A program made the translations under genes and the position numbers. Below, piece by piece: positions 25,066 to 37,051 of a DNA stretch of 64,000 bases. The stretch is from Nemertoderma westbladi (lineage: Eukaryota > Animalia > Xenacoelomorpha), in assembly GCA_032718475.1 (NCBI GenBank), contig JAUCBJ010007299.1, positions 34,381 through 98,380 of the forward strand, written 5' to 3'. Position 1 is the first letter of the stretch, and each line of letters begins with the position of its first letter. Under the pieces are notes generated by a model. That model searched no databases, was not told the DNA's origin, and saw only the letters and a program-made list of their open reading frames with translations.

Positions 25066-26775
25066 ATGGCGTCCTTAAAACTTTGGGTGAACCCTGATCC
25101 TTTTGTTATCGGAGTTTTACCTTCGCCGCCGCATAATAAACTTTCGCCAAGTTATCTAAAGAAAATCGTTACGTATGTGAGAACCCGTGGGAAGGGGGGT
25201 TACCCCATAATGACATTCCAATCATGGCGACATATCGCCCTAAATAAATTACAAATACCGGAAGATATCGCCATTACCTACTTCGATATCTACACGCTAT
25301 TACATTATAAAGATCGATCGTCCTTAACTGAGTCATCTAAATATTCGAGCAAAGCCGAGCTAGTGGCTGCTCGGCAAAACAAATCAGTTGATACGTTGAA
25401 ATTTCTTTTGTTCTTATACTTACAGCAAATATCGAAGATATCATTGCGAACGTCGCTAAACGCCGGTGAGGAGTGGCCCTCCTCCCATCGCCTCTCGTCC
25501 CGCTCTACTTCCCCGGACTCGATGCAATCCAAAGGATCGTCCCCGAAGAACCTCGACGAGCAATGCCAGATCCAATTCGTGTTGGACCACCTCGGGGACA
25601 TGTGTGAGTTGTTGTTGGACCCGGAGACCGCCCCTAGATCCCATCGCGACGCCACCCTATCCGCCGATGGTCTCACCGCTCTCTCCTCCCTCGTCCACTG
25701 CTCCAGCGGGCCGCGGAACGCCCTCATCTCGCTACGGGACGCCGCGACCCAACCCGCGTTAACTCACCGCACTGGATACTCAAAGTCTACCGACTCCTTC
25801 CTCCTCCACAAACTCGTCGATTGGCTCAAAGACAACCTCTCCGCGAACCCCTACGGCATCGGCTGCTGCATCTCCTCCGGTCGTCGTTTCTCCTGGCCCC
25901 TCTTCCCTCCCGCACCCAGTGATGACGTCATCGCCACATCCAGCAAAAGCAACGGTCGGAAACGGCCCTCCGGTCGCATTGCATCCAACATCAACTACGT
26001 CACCAAATCGTCGCAGAAGACAACGCTCATCTCGCAGTGGTCGCAAGGAACGCTGGCGCGCTCCTCCGAGGTTCTAGAGGATTCCACCGTGAAGCTACAC
26101 CGCTCTCACGGCTCCCACATTTACCTGCTCGCCCCGATGCGAACCGTTAGTGTAGAGAAGTGTCGCAACTCCACTATAGTTTTGGGCGCCGTTGCCACCG
26201 TGGTCGTTGTCACTAACTGCCGCGGTTGCATCGTGGTTACGACCTGCGGCCAGCTGGTCGCCTCGCATTGCGTCGGCTGTACGTTCCATCTGCTGACTCC
26301 CCGACCCCCGTTGCTCCTCCATGGCAACGAGGGCCTCCGACTCGCCCCATTCCACACGCACTATCCCTCGTTGGAACGCCACATGGAGCAGTGTGGTGTT
26401 CCTTCCAGTTGGAACGTCTGGGACTCGCCCACTCAGATGGGCTCGGTGGCGGAACTTGCCGTGTGGCAGCCGCTGCCGCCCGGTGAGTTCACCACCCTGG
26501 TGGTGCCGTTCCGGGGAGACTTCGGGCGCACGGAGGGGCTCACTTCCGGGATTCCGGGGGGGCTGCCCGTCGCGTACGAGCGCGCGCTCACACAGCGGGA
26601 CAAGGTGGTTCGAACGTGGCAGCGGGTCGTTTCCGACGCGAAACTCTCTAAGGACGACCGCCGTTGTTTCCAGAAGTTTGTGGAAACCCAGTTCCAACAG
26701 TGGCTCCTGGAAACCGGAAACAAACGCCAAGTCGACAACCTCATACCCCCTAAACCGCCCACAGACACCCCTTGA
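25066..26775 (+). CDS. TBCCD1: TBCC domain-containing protein 1 (centrosome/basal-body protein), single-exon CDS, 569 aa
   Basis: The N-terminus LWVNPDPFVIGVLPSPPHNKLSPSYLKKIVTYVR...WRHIALNKLQI and VDTLKFLLFLYLQQ match TBCCD1. The C-terminal TBCC beta-helix includes IYLLAPMRTVSVEKCRNSTIVLGAV...FHLLTPRPPLL...APFHTHYPSLERHM. Confidence 0.92.
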   Translation: MASLKLWVNPDPFVIGVLPSPPHNKLSPSYLKKIVTYVRTRGKGGYPIMTFQSWRHIALNKLQIPEDIAITYFDIYTLLHYKDRSSLTESSKYSSKAELVAARQNKSVDTLKFLLFLYLQQISKISLRTSLNAGEEWPSSHRLSSRSTSPDSMQSKGSSPKNLDEQCQIQFVLDHLGDMCELLLDPETAPRSHRDATLSADGLTALSSLVHCSSGPRNALISLRDAATQPALTHRTGYSKSTDSFLLHKLVDWLKDNLSANPYGIGCCISSGRRFSWPLFPPAPSDDVIATSSKSNGRKRPSGRIASNINYVTKSSQKTTLISQWSQGTLARSSEVLEDSTVKLHRSHGSHIYLLAPMRTVSVEKCRNSTIVLGAVATVVVVTNCRGCIVVTTCGQLVASHCVGCTFHLLTPRPPLLLHGNEGLRLAPFHTHYPSLERHMEQCGVPSSWNVWDSPTQMGSVAELAVWQPLPPGEFTTLVVPFRGDFGRTEGLTSGIPGGLPVAYERALTQRDKVVRTWQRVVSDAKLSKDDRRCFQKFVETQFQQWLLETGNKRQVDNLIPPKPPTDTP

Positions 26776-26974
26776 ACCTCCCACACCACTTTTTTTTTGT
26801 TTAATACAACTTGTTTTACACACATAATATTAATTAAATATGTTAAATTAATTGTTTTCTTAATATTTGCCAATACATTGTGGTTTCATCTTCTCGGCTC
26901 GGTGCTATTCTACCTAATTCTTACGGGGTGCGCAATGTCCAGTATATCGTGATAAATGCGCGCTATTTATCCCA

Positions 26975-29277
26975 TAAACTACGTCGTTTTCAGATAACAT
27001 TCGTTATAGTTCAAATAACGATCGTTATTGTTCGCATAAACTACATTATTGTTCAGATAACACTCGTTATAGTTCAAATGACGATCGTTATTGTTCAGAT
27101 AACGCACGTTATTGTTCGCATAAACTACGTTATTGTTCAGATAACGCACGTTATAGTTCAAATAACGATCGTTATTGTTCGCATAAACTACGTTGTTGTT
27201 CAGATAACACTCGTTATTGTTCGCAGAAACTACGTTATTGTTCAGTTAACGCACGTTATTGTTCAAATAACGATCGTTATTGTTCGCATAAACTACGTTA
27301 TTGTTCGCATAAACTACGTTATTGTTCAGATAACACTCGTTATAGTTCAAATAACGATCGTTATTGTTCGCATAAACTACGCTATTGTTCAGATAACGCA
27401 CGTTATTGTTCAGATAACGCACGTTATTGTTCAAATAACGATCGTTATTGTTCAGATAACGCACGTTATAGTTCAAATAACGATCGTTATTGTTCGCATA
27501 AACTACGTTGTTGTTCAGATAACACTCGTTATTGTTCGCAGAAACTACGTTATTGTTCAGATAACGCACGTTATTGTTCAAATAACGATCGTTATTGTTC
27601 GCATAAACTACGTTATTGTTCGCATAAACTACGTTGTTGTTCAGATAACATTCGTTATAGTTCAAATAACGATCGTTATTGTTCAGATAACGCACGTTAT
27701 TGTTCAAATAACGATCGTTATTGTTCAGATAACGCACGTTATTGTTCAAATAACGATCGTTATTGTTCGCATAAACTACGTTGTTGTTCAGATAACACTC
27801 GTTATTGTTCGCATAAACTACGTTATTGTTCAGATAACACTCGTTATAGTTCAAATAACGATCGTTATTGTTCGCATAAACTACGCTATTGTTCAGATAA
27901 CGCACGTTATTGTTCAGATAACGCACGTTATTGTTCAAATAACGATCGTTATTGTTCGCATAAACTACGTTGTTGTTCAGATAACACTCGTTATTGTTCG
28001 CAGAAACTACGTTATTGTTCAGTTAACGCACGTTATTGTTCAAATAACGATCGTTATTGTTCGCATAAACTACGTTATTGTTCGCATAAACTACGTTATT
28101 GTTCAGATAACACTCGTTATAGTTCAAATAACGATCGTTATTGTTCGCATAAACTACGCTATTGTTCAGATAACGCACGTTATTGTTCAGATAACGCACG
28201 TTATTGTTCAAATAACGATCGTTATTGTTCAGATAACGCACGTTATAGTTCAAATAACGATCGTTATTGTTCGCATAAACTACGTTGTTGTTCAGATAAC
28301 ACTCGTTATTGTTCGCAGAAACTACGTTATTGTTCAGATAACGCACGTTATTGTTCAGATAACGCACGTTATTGTTCAGATAACGCACGTTATTGTTCAG
28401 ATAACGCACGTTATTGTTCAGATAACGCACGTTATTGTTCAGATAACGCACGTTATTGTTCAGATAACGCACGTTATTGTTCAGATAACGCACGTTATTG
28501 TTCAGATAACGCACGTTATTGTTCAAATAACGATCGTTATTGTTCAGATAACGCACGTTATTGTTCAGATAACGCACGTTATTGTTCAAATAACGATCGT
28601 ATATTGTTCAGATAACGCCCGTTATTGTTCAGATAATGCACGTTACTGTTCAGATAACGCACGTTATTGTTCAGATAACGCACGTTATTGTTCAGATAAC
28701 GCACGTTATTGTTCAGATAACGCACGTTATTGTTCAGATAACGCACGTTATTGTTCAAATAACGATCGTTATTGTTCAGATAACGCACGTTATTGTTCAG
28801 ATAACGCACGTTATTGTTCAGATAACGCACGTTATTGTTCAGATAACGCACGTTATTGTTCAGATAACGCACGTTATTGTTCAGATAACGCACGTTATTG
28901 TTCAGATAACGCACGTTATTGTTCAGATAACGCACGTTATTGTTCAGATAACGCACGTTATTGTTCAGATAACGCACGTTATTGTTCAGATAACGCACGT
29001 TATTGTTCAGATAACGCACGTTATTGTTCTGATAACGCACGTTATTGTTCAGATAACGACGTTATTGTTCAGATAACGCACGTTATTGTTCAAATAACGA
29101 TCGTTATTGTTCAGATAACGCACGTTATTGTTCAGATAACGCACGTTATTGTTCTGATAACGCACGTTATTGTTCAGATAACGCACGTTATTGTTCTGAT
29201 AACGCACGTTATTATTCAGATAACGCACGTTATTGTTCTGATAACGCACGTTATTGTTCAGATAACGACGTTATTCC
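26975..29277. repeat. 21-bp satellite (GTTATTGTTCAGATAACGCAC and variants), ~110 monomers, with higher-order structure
   Basis: The left half mixes variant monomers and includes a 777-bp duplication; the right half is homogeneous. Confidence 0.95.
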
Positions 29278-29794
29278 AATAAATGTTGAGTTTTTCTAAT
29301 GTTTTGACTAATTATTTACAAAGGTCGGACCCGATACTTATTATTGAGTACAGACAATATGTGTACCCAACCCATCCGTAATATTGGGTACAGACATGTG
29401 TACCCAACCCATCCGTATTATTGGGTACAGACACACATGTGTGTACCCAGTACCGTGTTGCCAACAGATGTGTCATTTGGAGTTTGTGCGGATTGAAATT
29501 CATTCTTATATTATTTTTATAATTATTTAGGCGGTCGTCACCTTATGTTAAATTAGCCACCCAGCTAGATATTGGTACAGACAGATATTTCTGAAATTAT
29601 TATTTTAGTATTTAGTTTTAATTTATAATTATTGTTACAACAGTGCGTGATACGTTATTGTTTTTTTTTTAATTTTGTTTTTATATGTTTAAATATGTTT
29701 GTTGAATTGCTGTTTATTGTTAGTGATATAATTAATCTAATTAATATAAATTCAATCTATACAGATTATAAACCCCTTTTGTATTTAGTTTATC

Positions 29795-29959
29795 TCTATT
29801 CCACTACTACCTTAGGTTGATCTACTCCACTACTACCTTAGGTTGATCTACTCCACTACTACCTTAGGTTGATCTACTCCACTACTACCTTAGGTTGATC
29901 TACTCCACTACTACCTTAGGTTGATCTACTCCACTACTACCTTAGGTTGATCTACTCCA
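29795..29959. repeat. 26-bp satellite (TCTACTCCACTACTACCTTAGGTTGA), left part
   Basis: ~6 copies before the LINE insertion. Confidence 0.95.
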
Positions 29960-31390
29960 GGATTTCTAGAAATGAAAACAAATAAGTTGGTGCCAGTTCC
30001 CAAGAAGGGCAACCTAACACTCTATGGTTCTTTTCGGGGAATCTCATTGATCTCGATTGCTGCAAAGCTATACAATAGGATTCTATTAAATCGCATCAGG
30101 GATCCCATTGAGAGACTGCTCCGTGGAAATCAGAATGGGTTCCGTAAAGGTCGTGGGACCATGGAGCCCATTTTGGCACTTAGAAGGATAATTGAAGAGT
30201 TATCAAAAAAGAAAGACAGGCATCTGGCTGTTATCTTTGTTGACTTCTTCAAGGCCTTTGATTCAGTCTCTCGCTCACGTATGTTCAGCATACTTTCATT
30301 ATATGGGATTCCTGATGAAATTATTGCAGCAATCAGATCAGTATACGATGGTTCGACAACATTTGTGTCTACTGTTGACGGTGACACAGAACCATTTGAA
30401 GTGTTATGGGGCGTCCTCCAAGGAGACACACTTGCACCATTCTTGTTCATTATTGTGGTTGACTATGTTCTACGCATGTCCTTAGATCATTATAATGATG
30501 ATGGGGTGATGATAACTCCACCTACTGGCTCCAGAAGTCGAGGAAATCCTGCCAAGTACCTAACTGATCTAGACTTTGCTGATGACTTAGGAGTACTCTC
30601 AGAATCATTAGAGGGAGCCCAACGGCTCCTCAGCTCATTAGAACATGCTGCTTCTAGTGTTGGTCTTTTTATTAACTCCAGAAAGACCAAAATTCTGACA
30701 GTTAACTTTGAAAGTCCTCAGCAAGTCTCTGATCGGATGAGCATAAGCTCAAAGGATGGTATGCTTGAGCATGTGGACGACTTCTGTTACCTGGGATCAT
30801 GGATCCGGAAGTCAGGTGAGGACCTTCGAATACGTAAGGGAAAGGCATGGGCAGCCTTGAATAGGCTTTCCAGGATTTGGAAGTCACCGAGAATTAATCG
30901 GAAACTTAAGGTCCGATTATTTAGAGCAGCAGTAGTTCCAGTACTCCTCTACGGGAGTCCATGCTGGGCTCTAACTGCTGAGGACACCAAATCTCTGGAT
31001 GGCACATTCACAAGAATGCTACACCGGGTTCATTGTGTCAAGTACAATGCACACATCTCCAACCAGACACTATATAACATTGGAGGTGTCTCATTGGTTC
31101 CCCCAAGCTTGACACTAGAACAAAATCGCCTCCGCTTTGCAGGACATTGCTTTCGCCGTGAGGATCAGCCAGTGCATAATCTTGTACTTTGGCAGCCTCA
31201 TGGAGTGAATAAGCATGGTGGACAGCCCATGACTTTCTTGAGACGCATCTTAAAGGACACTGGCCTTAAAGATGCGGATGATCTAGCAAATGTCATGGGT
31301 GATAGGGAGTTGTGGCGGTGCAATTTTGTTGACAAGCCGGCACAGCATTCTTAAAAATGCAGCTGCAATGCAGCATGCCGATCCTAGTAG
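29960..31390 (+). mobile_element. 5'-truncated RTE-clade LINE inserted in the 26-bp satellite
   Basis: Contains an RT ORF, a short 3' UTR AATGCAGCTGCAATGCAGCATGCCGATC and a TAGTAG tail; flanked by TGATCTACTCCA on both sides. Confidence 0.9.
29972..31354 (+). CDS. RTE-type reverse transcriptase (uninterrupted RT domain and C-terminus, no endonuclease), 460 aa
   Basis: Motifs PKKGNL..FRGISLIS, QNGFRKGR, FVDFFKAFDSV, GVLQGDTLAPFLF, DLDFADD, FCYLGS, RLRFAGHC. Confidence 0.9.
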   Translation: MKTNKLVPVPKKGNLTLYGSFRGISLISIAAKLYNRILLNRIRDPIERLLRGNQNGFRKGRGTMEPILALRRIIEELSKKKDRHLAVIFVDFFKAFDSVSRSRMFSILSLYGIPDEIIAAIRSVYDGSTTFVSTVDGDTEPFEVLWGVLQGDTLAPFLFIIVVDYVLRMSLDHYNDDGVMITPPTGSRSRGNPAKYLTDLDFADDLGVLSESLEGAQRLLSSLEHAASSVGLFINSRKTKILTVNFESPQQVSDRMSISSKDGMLEHVDDFCYLGSWIRKSGEDLRIRKGKAWAALNRLSRIWKSPRINRKLKVRLFRAAVVPVLLYGSPCWALTAEDTKSLDGTFTRMLHRVHCVKYNAHISNQTLYNIGGVSLVPPSLTLEQNRLRFAGHCFRREDQPVHNLVLWQPHGVNKHGGQPMTFLRRILKDTGLKDADDLANVMGDRELWRCNFVDKPAQHS

Positions 31391-33302
31391 TGATCTACTC
31401 CACTACTACCTTAGGTTGATCTACTCCACTACTACCTTAGGTTGATCTATTCCACTACTACCTTAGGTTGATCTATTCCACTACTACCTTAGGTTAATCT
31501 ACTCCACTACTACCTTAGGTTGATCTATTCCACTACTACCTTAGGTTGATCTATTCCACTACTACCTTAGGTTGATCTACTCCACTACTACCTTAGGTTG
31601 ATCTATTCCACTACTACCTTAGGTTGATCTACTCCACTACTACCTTAGGTTGATCTATTCCACTACTACCTTAGGTTGATCTACTCCACTACTACCTTAG
31701 GTTGATCTACTCCACTACTACCTTAGGTTGATCTACTCCACTACTACCTTAGGTTGATCTATTCCACTACTACCTTAGGTTGATCTACTCCACTACTACC
31801 TTAGGTTGATCTACTCCACTACTACCTTAGGTTGATCTACTCCACTACTACCTTAGGTTGATCTACTCCACTACTACCTTAGGTTGATCTATTCCACTAC
31901 TACCTTAGGTTGATCTACTCCACTACTACCTTAGGTTGATCTACTCCACTACTACCTTAGGTTGATCTACTCCACTACTACCTTAGGTTGATCTATTCCA
32001 CTACTACCTTAGGTTGATCTACTCCACTACTACCTTAGGTTGATCTACTCCACTACTACCTTAGGTTGATCTACTCCACTACTACCTTAGGTTGATCTAT
32101 TCCACTACTACCTTAGGTTGATCTACTCCACTACTACCTTAGGTTGATCTACTCCACTACTACCTTAGGTTGATCTACTCCACTACTACCTTAGGTTGAT
32201 CTACTCCACTACTACCTTAGGTTGATCTACTCCACTACTACCTTAGGTTGATCTATTCCACTACTACCTTAGGTTGATCTACTCCACTACTACCTTAGGT
32301 TGATCTACTCCACTACTACCTTAGGTTGATCTATTCCACTACTACCTTAGGTTGATCTACTCCACTACTATCTTAGGTTGATCTACTCCACTACTACCTT
32401 AGGTTGATCTACTCCACTACTACCTTAGGTTGATCTACTCCACTACTACCTTATGTTGATCTACTCCACTACTACCTTAGGTTGATCTATTCAACTACTA
32501 CCTTAGGTTGATCTACTCCACTACTACCTTAGGTTGATCTATTCCACTACTACCTTAGGTTGATCTACTCCACTACTACCTTAGGTTGATCTACTCCACT
32601 ACTACCTTAGGTTGATCTACTCCACTACTACCTTAGGTTGATCTATTCCACTACTACCTTAGGTTGATCTATTCCACTACTACCTTAGGTTGATCTACTC
32701 CACTACTACCTTAGGTTGATCTACTCCACTACTACCTTAGGTTGATCTACTCCACTACTACCTTAGGTTGATCTACTCCACTACTACCTTAGGTTGATCT
32801 ATTCCACTACTACCTTAGGTTGATCTATTCCACTACTACCTTAGGTTGATCTACTCCACTACTACCTTAGGTTGATCTACTCCACTACTACCTTAGGTTG
32901 ATCTACTCCACTACTACCTTAGGTTGATCTACTCCACTACTACCTTAGGTTGATCTACTCCACTACTACCTTAGGTTGATCTACTCCACTACTACCTTAG
33001 GTTGATCTACTCCACTACTACCTTAGGTTGATCTATTCCACTACTACCTTAGGTTGATCTACTCCACTACTACCTTAGGTTGATCTACTCCACTACTACC
33101 TTAGGTTGATCTACTCCACTACTACCTTAGGTTGATCTACTCCACTACTACCTTAGGTTGATCTATTCCACTACTACCTTAGGTTGATCTACTCCACTAC
33201 TACCTTAGGTTGATCTACTCCACTACTACCTTAGGTTGATCTATTCCACTACTACCTTAGGTTGATCTATTCCACTACTACCTTAGGTTGATCTATTCCA
33301 CT
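31391..33302. repeat. 26-bp satellite, right part, ~73 copies
   Basis: Highly homogeneous; the main variant is CTACTCC versus CTATTCC. Confidence 0.97.
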
Positions 33303-33685
33303 GTTGCCGTTATTCCCGACACCAGGGGGGAAAACGCCGAGGCTGGTGGCGGAATTTTCAGACCACTTGATTCCGGTCAGTCACCGGATATTGGGAGTGG
33401 AGAAGGAGTCTTATCTGAGATGCAAGATTGCAGTAGAGAAAAAGTCGCATTTGTTGGATATAATCTTTTAATGTAACTTTTCTAGAGTTGAACCTTGTTC
33501 AACATTGAACCTTGATTGAGAATAATTTGGGCTTCCCCACACCAATATACCAAATATTCACAATAATACACGAATATACAAATTCCTACAGTACATTATT
33601 TAATTACCCACTTTTCGCTTTTAGATTTTAACCTAACTAATGATCCCCATTTTTCCTCGGTCCTAGTCCCGGTACCATAGTGTCA

Positions 33686-34145
33686 GTGTCGGTCGACCCT
33701 GTTGCGTGTCCGTCCCACCCTTCCCGAACCCCGAAGGGATCGGTCATCAGGAAAGCAATATGGCTTGGCTAAGGGTCGGTCAGGTCGGTCGACCCTGTTG
33801 CGTGTCCGTCCCACCCTTCCCGAACCCCGAAGGGATCGGTCATTAGGAAAGCGGTACGGCTTGGCTAGGGGTCTGTCGGTTCATCGCAGGGTCCCAACCA
33901 CCTAAGCTTTCCGAATCCTTTTCAGGCTCGTAGTCGCTTCAGTAGCCGAGAAGCTGCTCCGAATAGTCGGTAGGCCAGTAGAGTCCGGTCCTTTGTCTTT
34001 CGACCCTGTTGCTTGTCCGTCCCACCCTTCCCGAACCCCGAAGGGATCGGTCATCAGGAAAGCGGTACGTCTTGGCTAGGGGTCTGTCAGCCCATTGTGA
34101 GTCCCAACTGTCGGAACTTTCCGAATCCTTTTCAGGCTCGTAGTA
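33686..34145. repeat. GC-rich 96-bp-unit repeat, 3 copies, probably part of a retroelement remnant
   Basis: TCGACCCTGTTGC.TGTCCGTCCCACCCTTCCCGAACCCCGAAGGGATCGGTCAT.AGGAAAGC at ~33693, ~33789 and ~34000. Confidence 0.75.
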
Positions 34146-34364
34146 ACGCCGGTCGTGGAACCCACTCCAGGAAGTCAGCCCTCGTCGAACCCTTCCTTCA
34201 TCCAGTCGGTCGATCCGTCGCAAGTCCCTGGCCAGCCAGCCAGCCAGAGTACTGCAACTAACATTCCTGCTGGTTGCCAGAGTTACTCTTGGAGTTTACA
34301 AAATACCAACACTAAAAGCAACCTGCTCCAATGGGCAGAGGAGTCTTTGAACTCCCTCCATTGA

Positions 34365-34830
34365 TTCTGGCAGTCCTCATAAATCATCAGCAAAGTCTAG
34401 ATCAGTTAGGTACTTGGCTGTATTTCATCTTCATCCATCATCCATTAGTATTACCATCATCAATTTTATTTTGATTGTCTGGTGACATGTGTAGAACATA
34501 GTTAACCACAATTATGAACAAGAATTGTGGGTGCAAGTGTGTCACCCTGAATGATTCACCTAGGACTTCGAATGGCTTTGTGTCACCATCAACAGTTGTG
34601 GAACAATCTGAGAGCAGCAAAAAATTTTCTCAGGAATCTCAAAAGTTGGAAGTATGCTAAACATACTATGGGCCTTAAATATAGAAGGCCTAAAGAAGTC
34701 AAGAAAGATAACAGCCAGACGTACTGTATGTCTTTCTTTGTTGATAACTCTTCAATTATCCTTCTAAGCGCCAGAATAGGCTCCATGGTCCCACGACCTT
34801 TACGGAACCCGTTTTAGTTACCACATAAGC
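34365..34830 (-). mobile_element. Decayed internal RTE LINE fragment (same family)
   Basis: MEPILALRRIIEELS and TVDGDTKPFEVL on the minus strand, frameshifted. Confidence 0.85.
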
Positions 34831-36235
34831 TGGAAATAAATAGGTTTGCTCGAATTAGCCTATCCTATTATTGTAGATGAACCCAAAGTTTTCCAATAAT
34901 TCCAAGAAAACTTGATTCAATGAACTGAACGGGGCGTTTTTCATTGGCAATTTCTAGTTGCAGCTGCGCATAGTAGTAACCCATTCCTAATTCTAAAGAT
35001 GCTAAAGACGTTATATAATAGATTATTTAGGGCCCGTGGAATAAACGGAGCTTGGGATAAATAATGCAGAGCTGCCGACAGGTGTGAAATATTCTATGCC
35101 AGAAAAGCAATAAAATAAAGCTTTACTTGCGATCTAAGTGCTACTCTATATATGGTTACCAAATTATTCAAGTTAATAATTATTTATTTCTTGTGAAAAA
35201 AGTATAACTTTTTTGCACTATTTTCGATGAATTTCTATTTACGTAGCGCCAGCTAGGCTAATGTTTTTTCCCATGTAAATACGTAATTTTTTCTTAAATT
35301 TTGGCAGTAATTTGTTGCTTACTTCTTTAATAAAATCTAGAAAGAAATAGTGTTATAAAATATATTGAAATGTAGCATTTACAATATTGGTTCCAATGTT
35401 ACTGCGATTCCAATTATTGTATTCATTAACTCCTGATGTTGCCTTACCCAATGTTAAATAATTTAATGTATATACTTGAATATTTATTACGTAACTAGAG
35501 AGCTACTTAACTACATAAACCAATATTGGATATTGATTTCCGTTTTGGAGTACACCTTGCAGACACTAAAGTTGCAATAACTTTTGAGTGTGTGAATGGA
35601 TTTTGCTCAAAATACTTGAAAACCTTTTCTACTTCGATGCTCTTTCAACACATGTAATAAAAATTAACAACAATTCCACCGAAAATATTTTATTTTACCT
35701 TTTTAGCCCGGAAAAAAGTAATATAAATCTAATCCTATGGGTTACTTTTTTTCCCTAGGGGTAAATGTGCTCTTTTTTTTCCTTCCGATTATTGGGAATA
35801 TTAGTATTAGTATCAATTTAAGTTATTAAAATTAATAATTTACAACCATGGTCGAAGTGGCAATACCATGGTCGTTGCGGCAGAACCATGCCGCTGTGGC
35901 ACATCTATGGTCGCTGTCTTAAGCAACCATGGTCGCTGTTGCCCAACCATGGCCCATGGTCGTTGGGGCAAAACCATGTAACTGGCCAACCACGGTCGCT
36001 GTGCCAACGTTGCTATGGAAAAGCCATGACCGCTGCTATGGCATAAGCTTTGATTATGTAATCCTTATATTCTATTCTTTATCCTTTAATGTGCTTGGTC
36101 CGATGGTCCCATCACCAAGTACAGTATATGTTAGAGTTATTATTTTATTGTTGGTTTAAATGTGCGCACATTATCTTTGAAACTAGACATTCGATACCGT
36201 TTGCGCGCATAGTGAGTGTAGCTGATTTCAATGTC

Positions 36236-37051
36236 ACATCCATGGTTCTCGTGATACAGCCATGTTACATCCATGGTTCTCGTGATACAGCCATGTTACA
36301 TCCATGGTTCTCGTGATACAGCCATGTTACATCCATGGTTCTCGTGATACAGCCATGTTAGATCCATGGTTCTCGTGATACAGCCATGTTACATCCATGG
36401 TTCTCGTGATACAGCCATGTTACATCCATGGTTCTCGTGATACAGCCATTTTACATCCATGGTTCTCGTGATACAGCCATTTTACATCCATGGTTCTCGT
36501 GATACAGCCATGTTACATCCATGGTTCTCGTGATACAGCCATGTTACATCCATGGTTCTCGTGATACAGCCATGTTAGATCCATGGTTCTCGTGACACAG
36601 CCATGTTACATCCATGGTTCTCGTGATACAGCCATGTTAGATCCATGGTTCTCGTGACACAGCCATGTTACATCCATGGTTCTTGTGATACAGCCATGTT
36701 AGATCCATGGTTCTCGTGACACAGCCATGTTACATCCATGGTTCTCGTGATACAGCCATGTTAGATCCATGGTTCTCGTGATACAGCCATGTTACATCCA
36801 TGGTTCTCGTGATACAGCCATTTTATATCCATGGTTCTCGTGGCACAGCCATGTTACATCCATGGTTCTCGTGACACAGCCATGTTACATCCATGGTTCT
36901 CGTGATACAGCCATTTTATATCCATGGTTCTCGTGATACAGCCATTTTACATCCATGGTTCTCGTGATACAGCCATGTTACATCCATGGTTCTCGTGACA
37001 CAGCCATGTTACATCCATGGTTCTCGTGATACAGCTATGTTACTTCCATGG
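36236..37051. repeat. 31-bp tandem repeat (CATCCATGGTTCTCGTGATACAGCCATGTTA), ~26 copies
   Basis: Direct inspection. Confidence 0.95.

Noticed and set aside
25305-26873. Multiple overlapping ORFs on both strands within TBCCD1
   Set aside because: Expected shadows of a GC-rich CDS.
26880-29282. 800-aa VIVQITH-repeat ORF and the antisense NNNVRYL ORFs
   Set aside because: These are translations of the 21-bp satellite; the frame changes at indels with no sign of coding constraint.
29795-33302. CRISPR-like array
   Set aside because: The repeats are contiguous with no unique spacers, there are no cas genes, and the context is eukaryotic.
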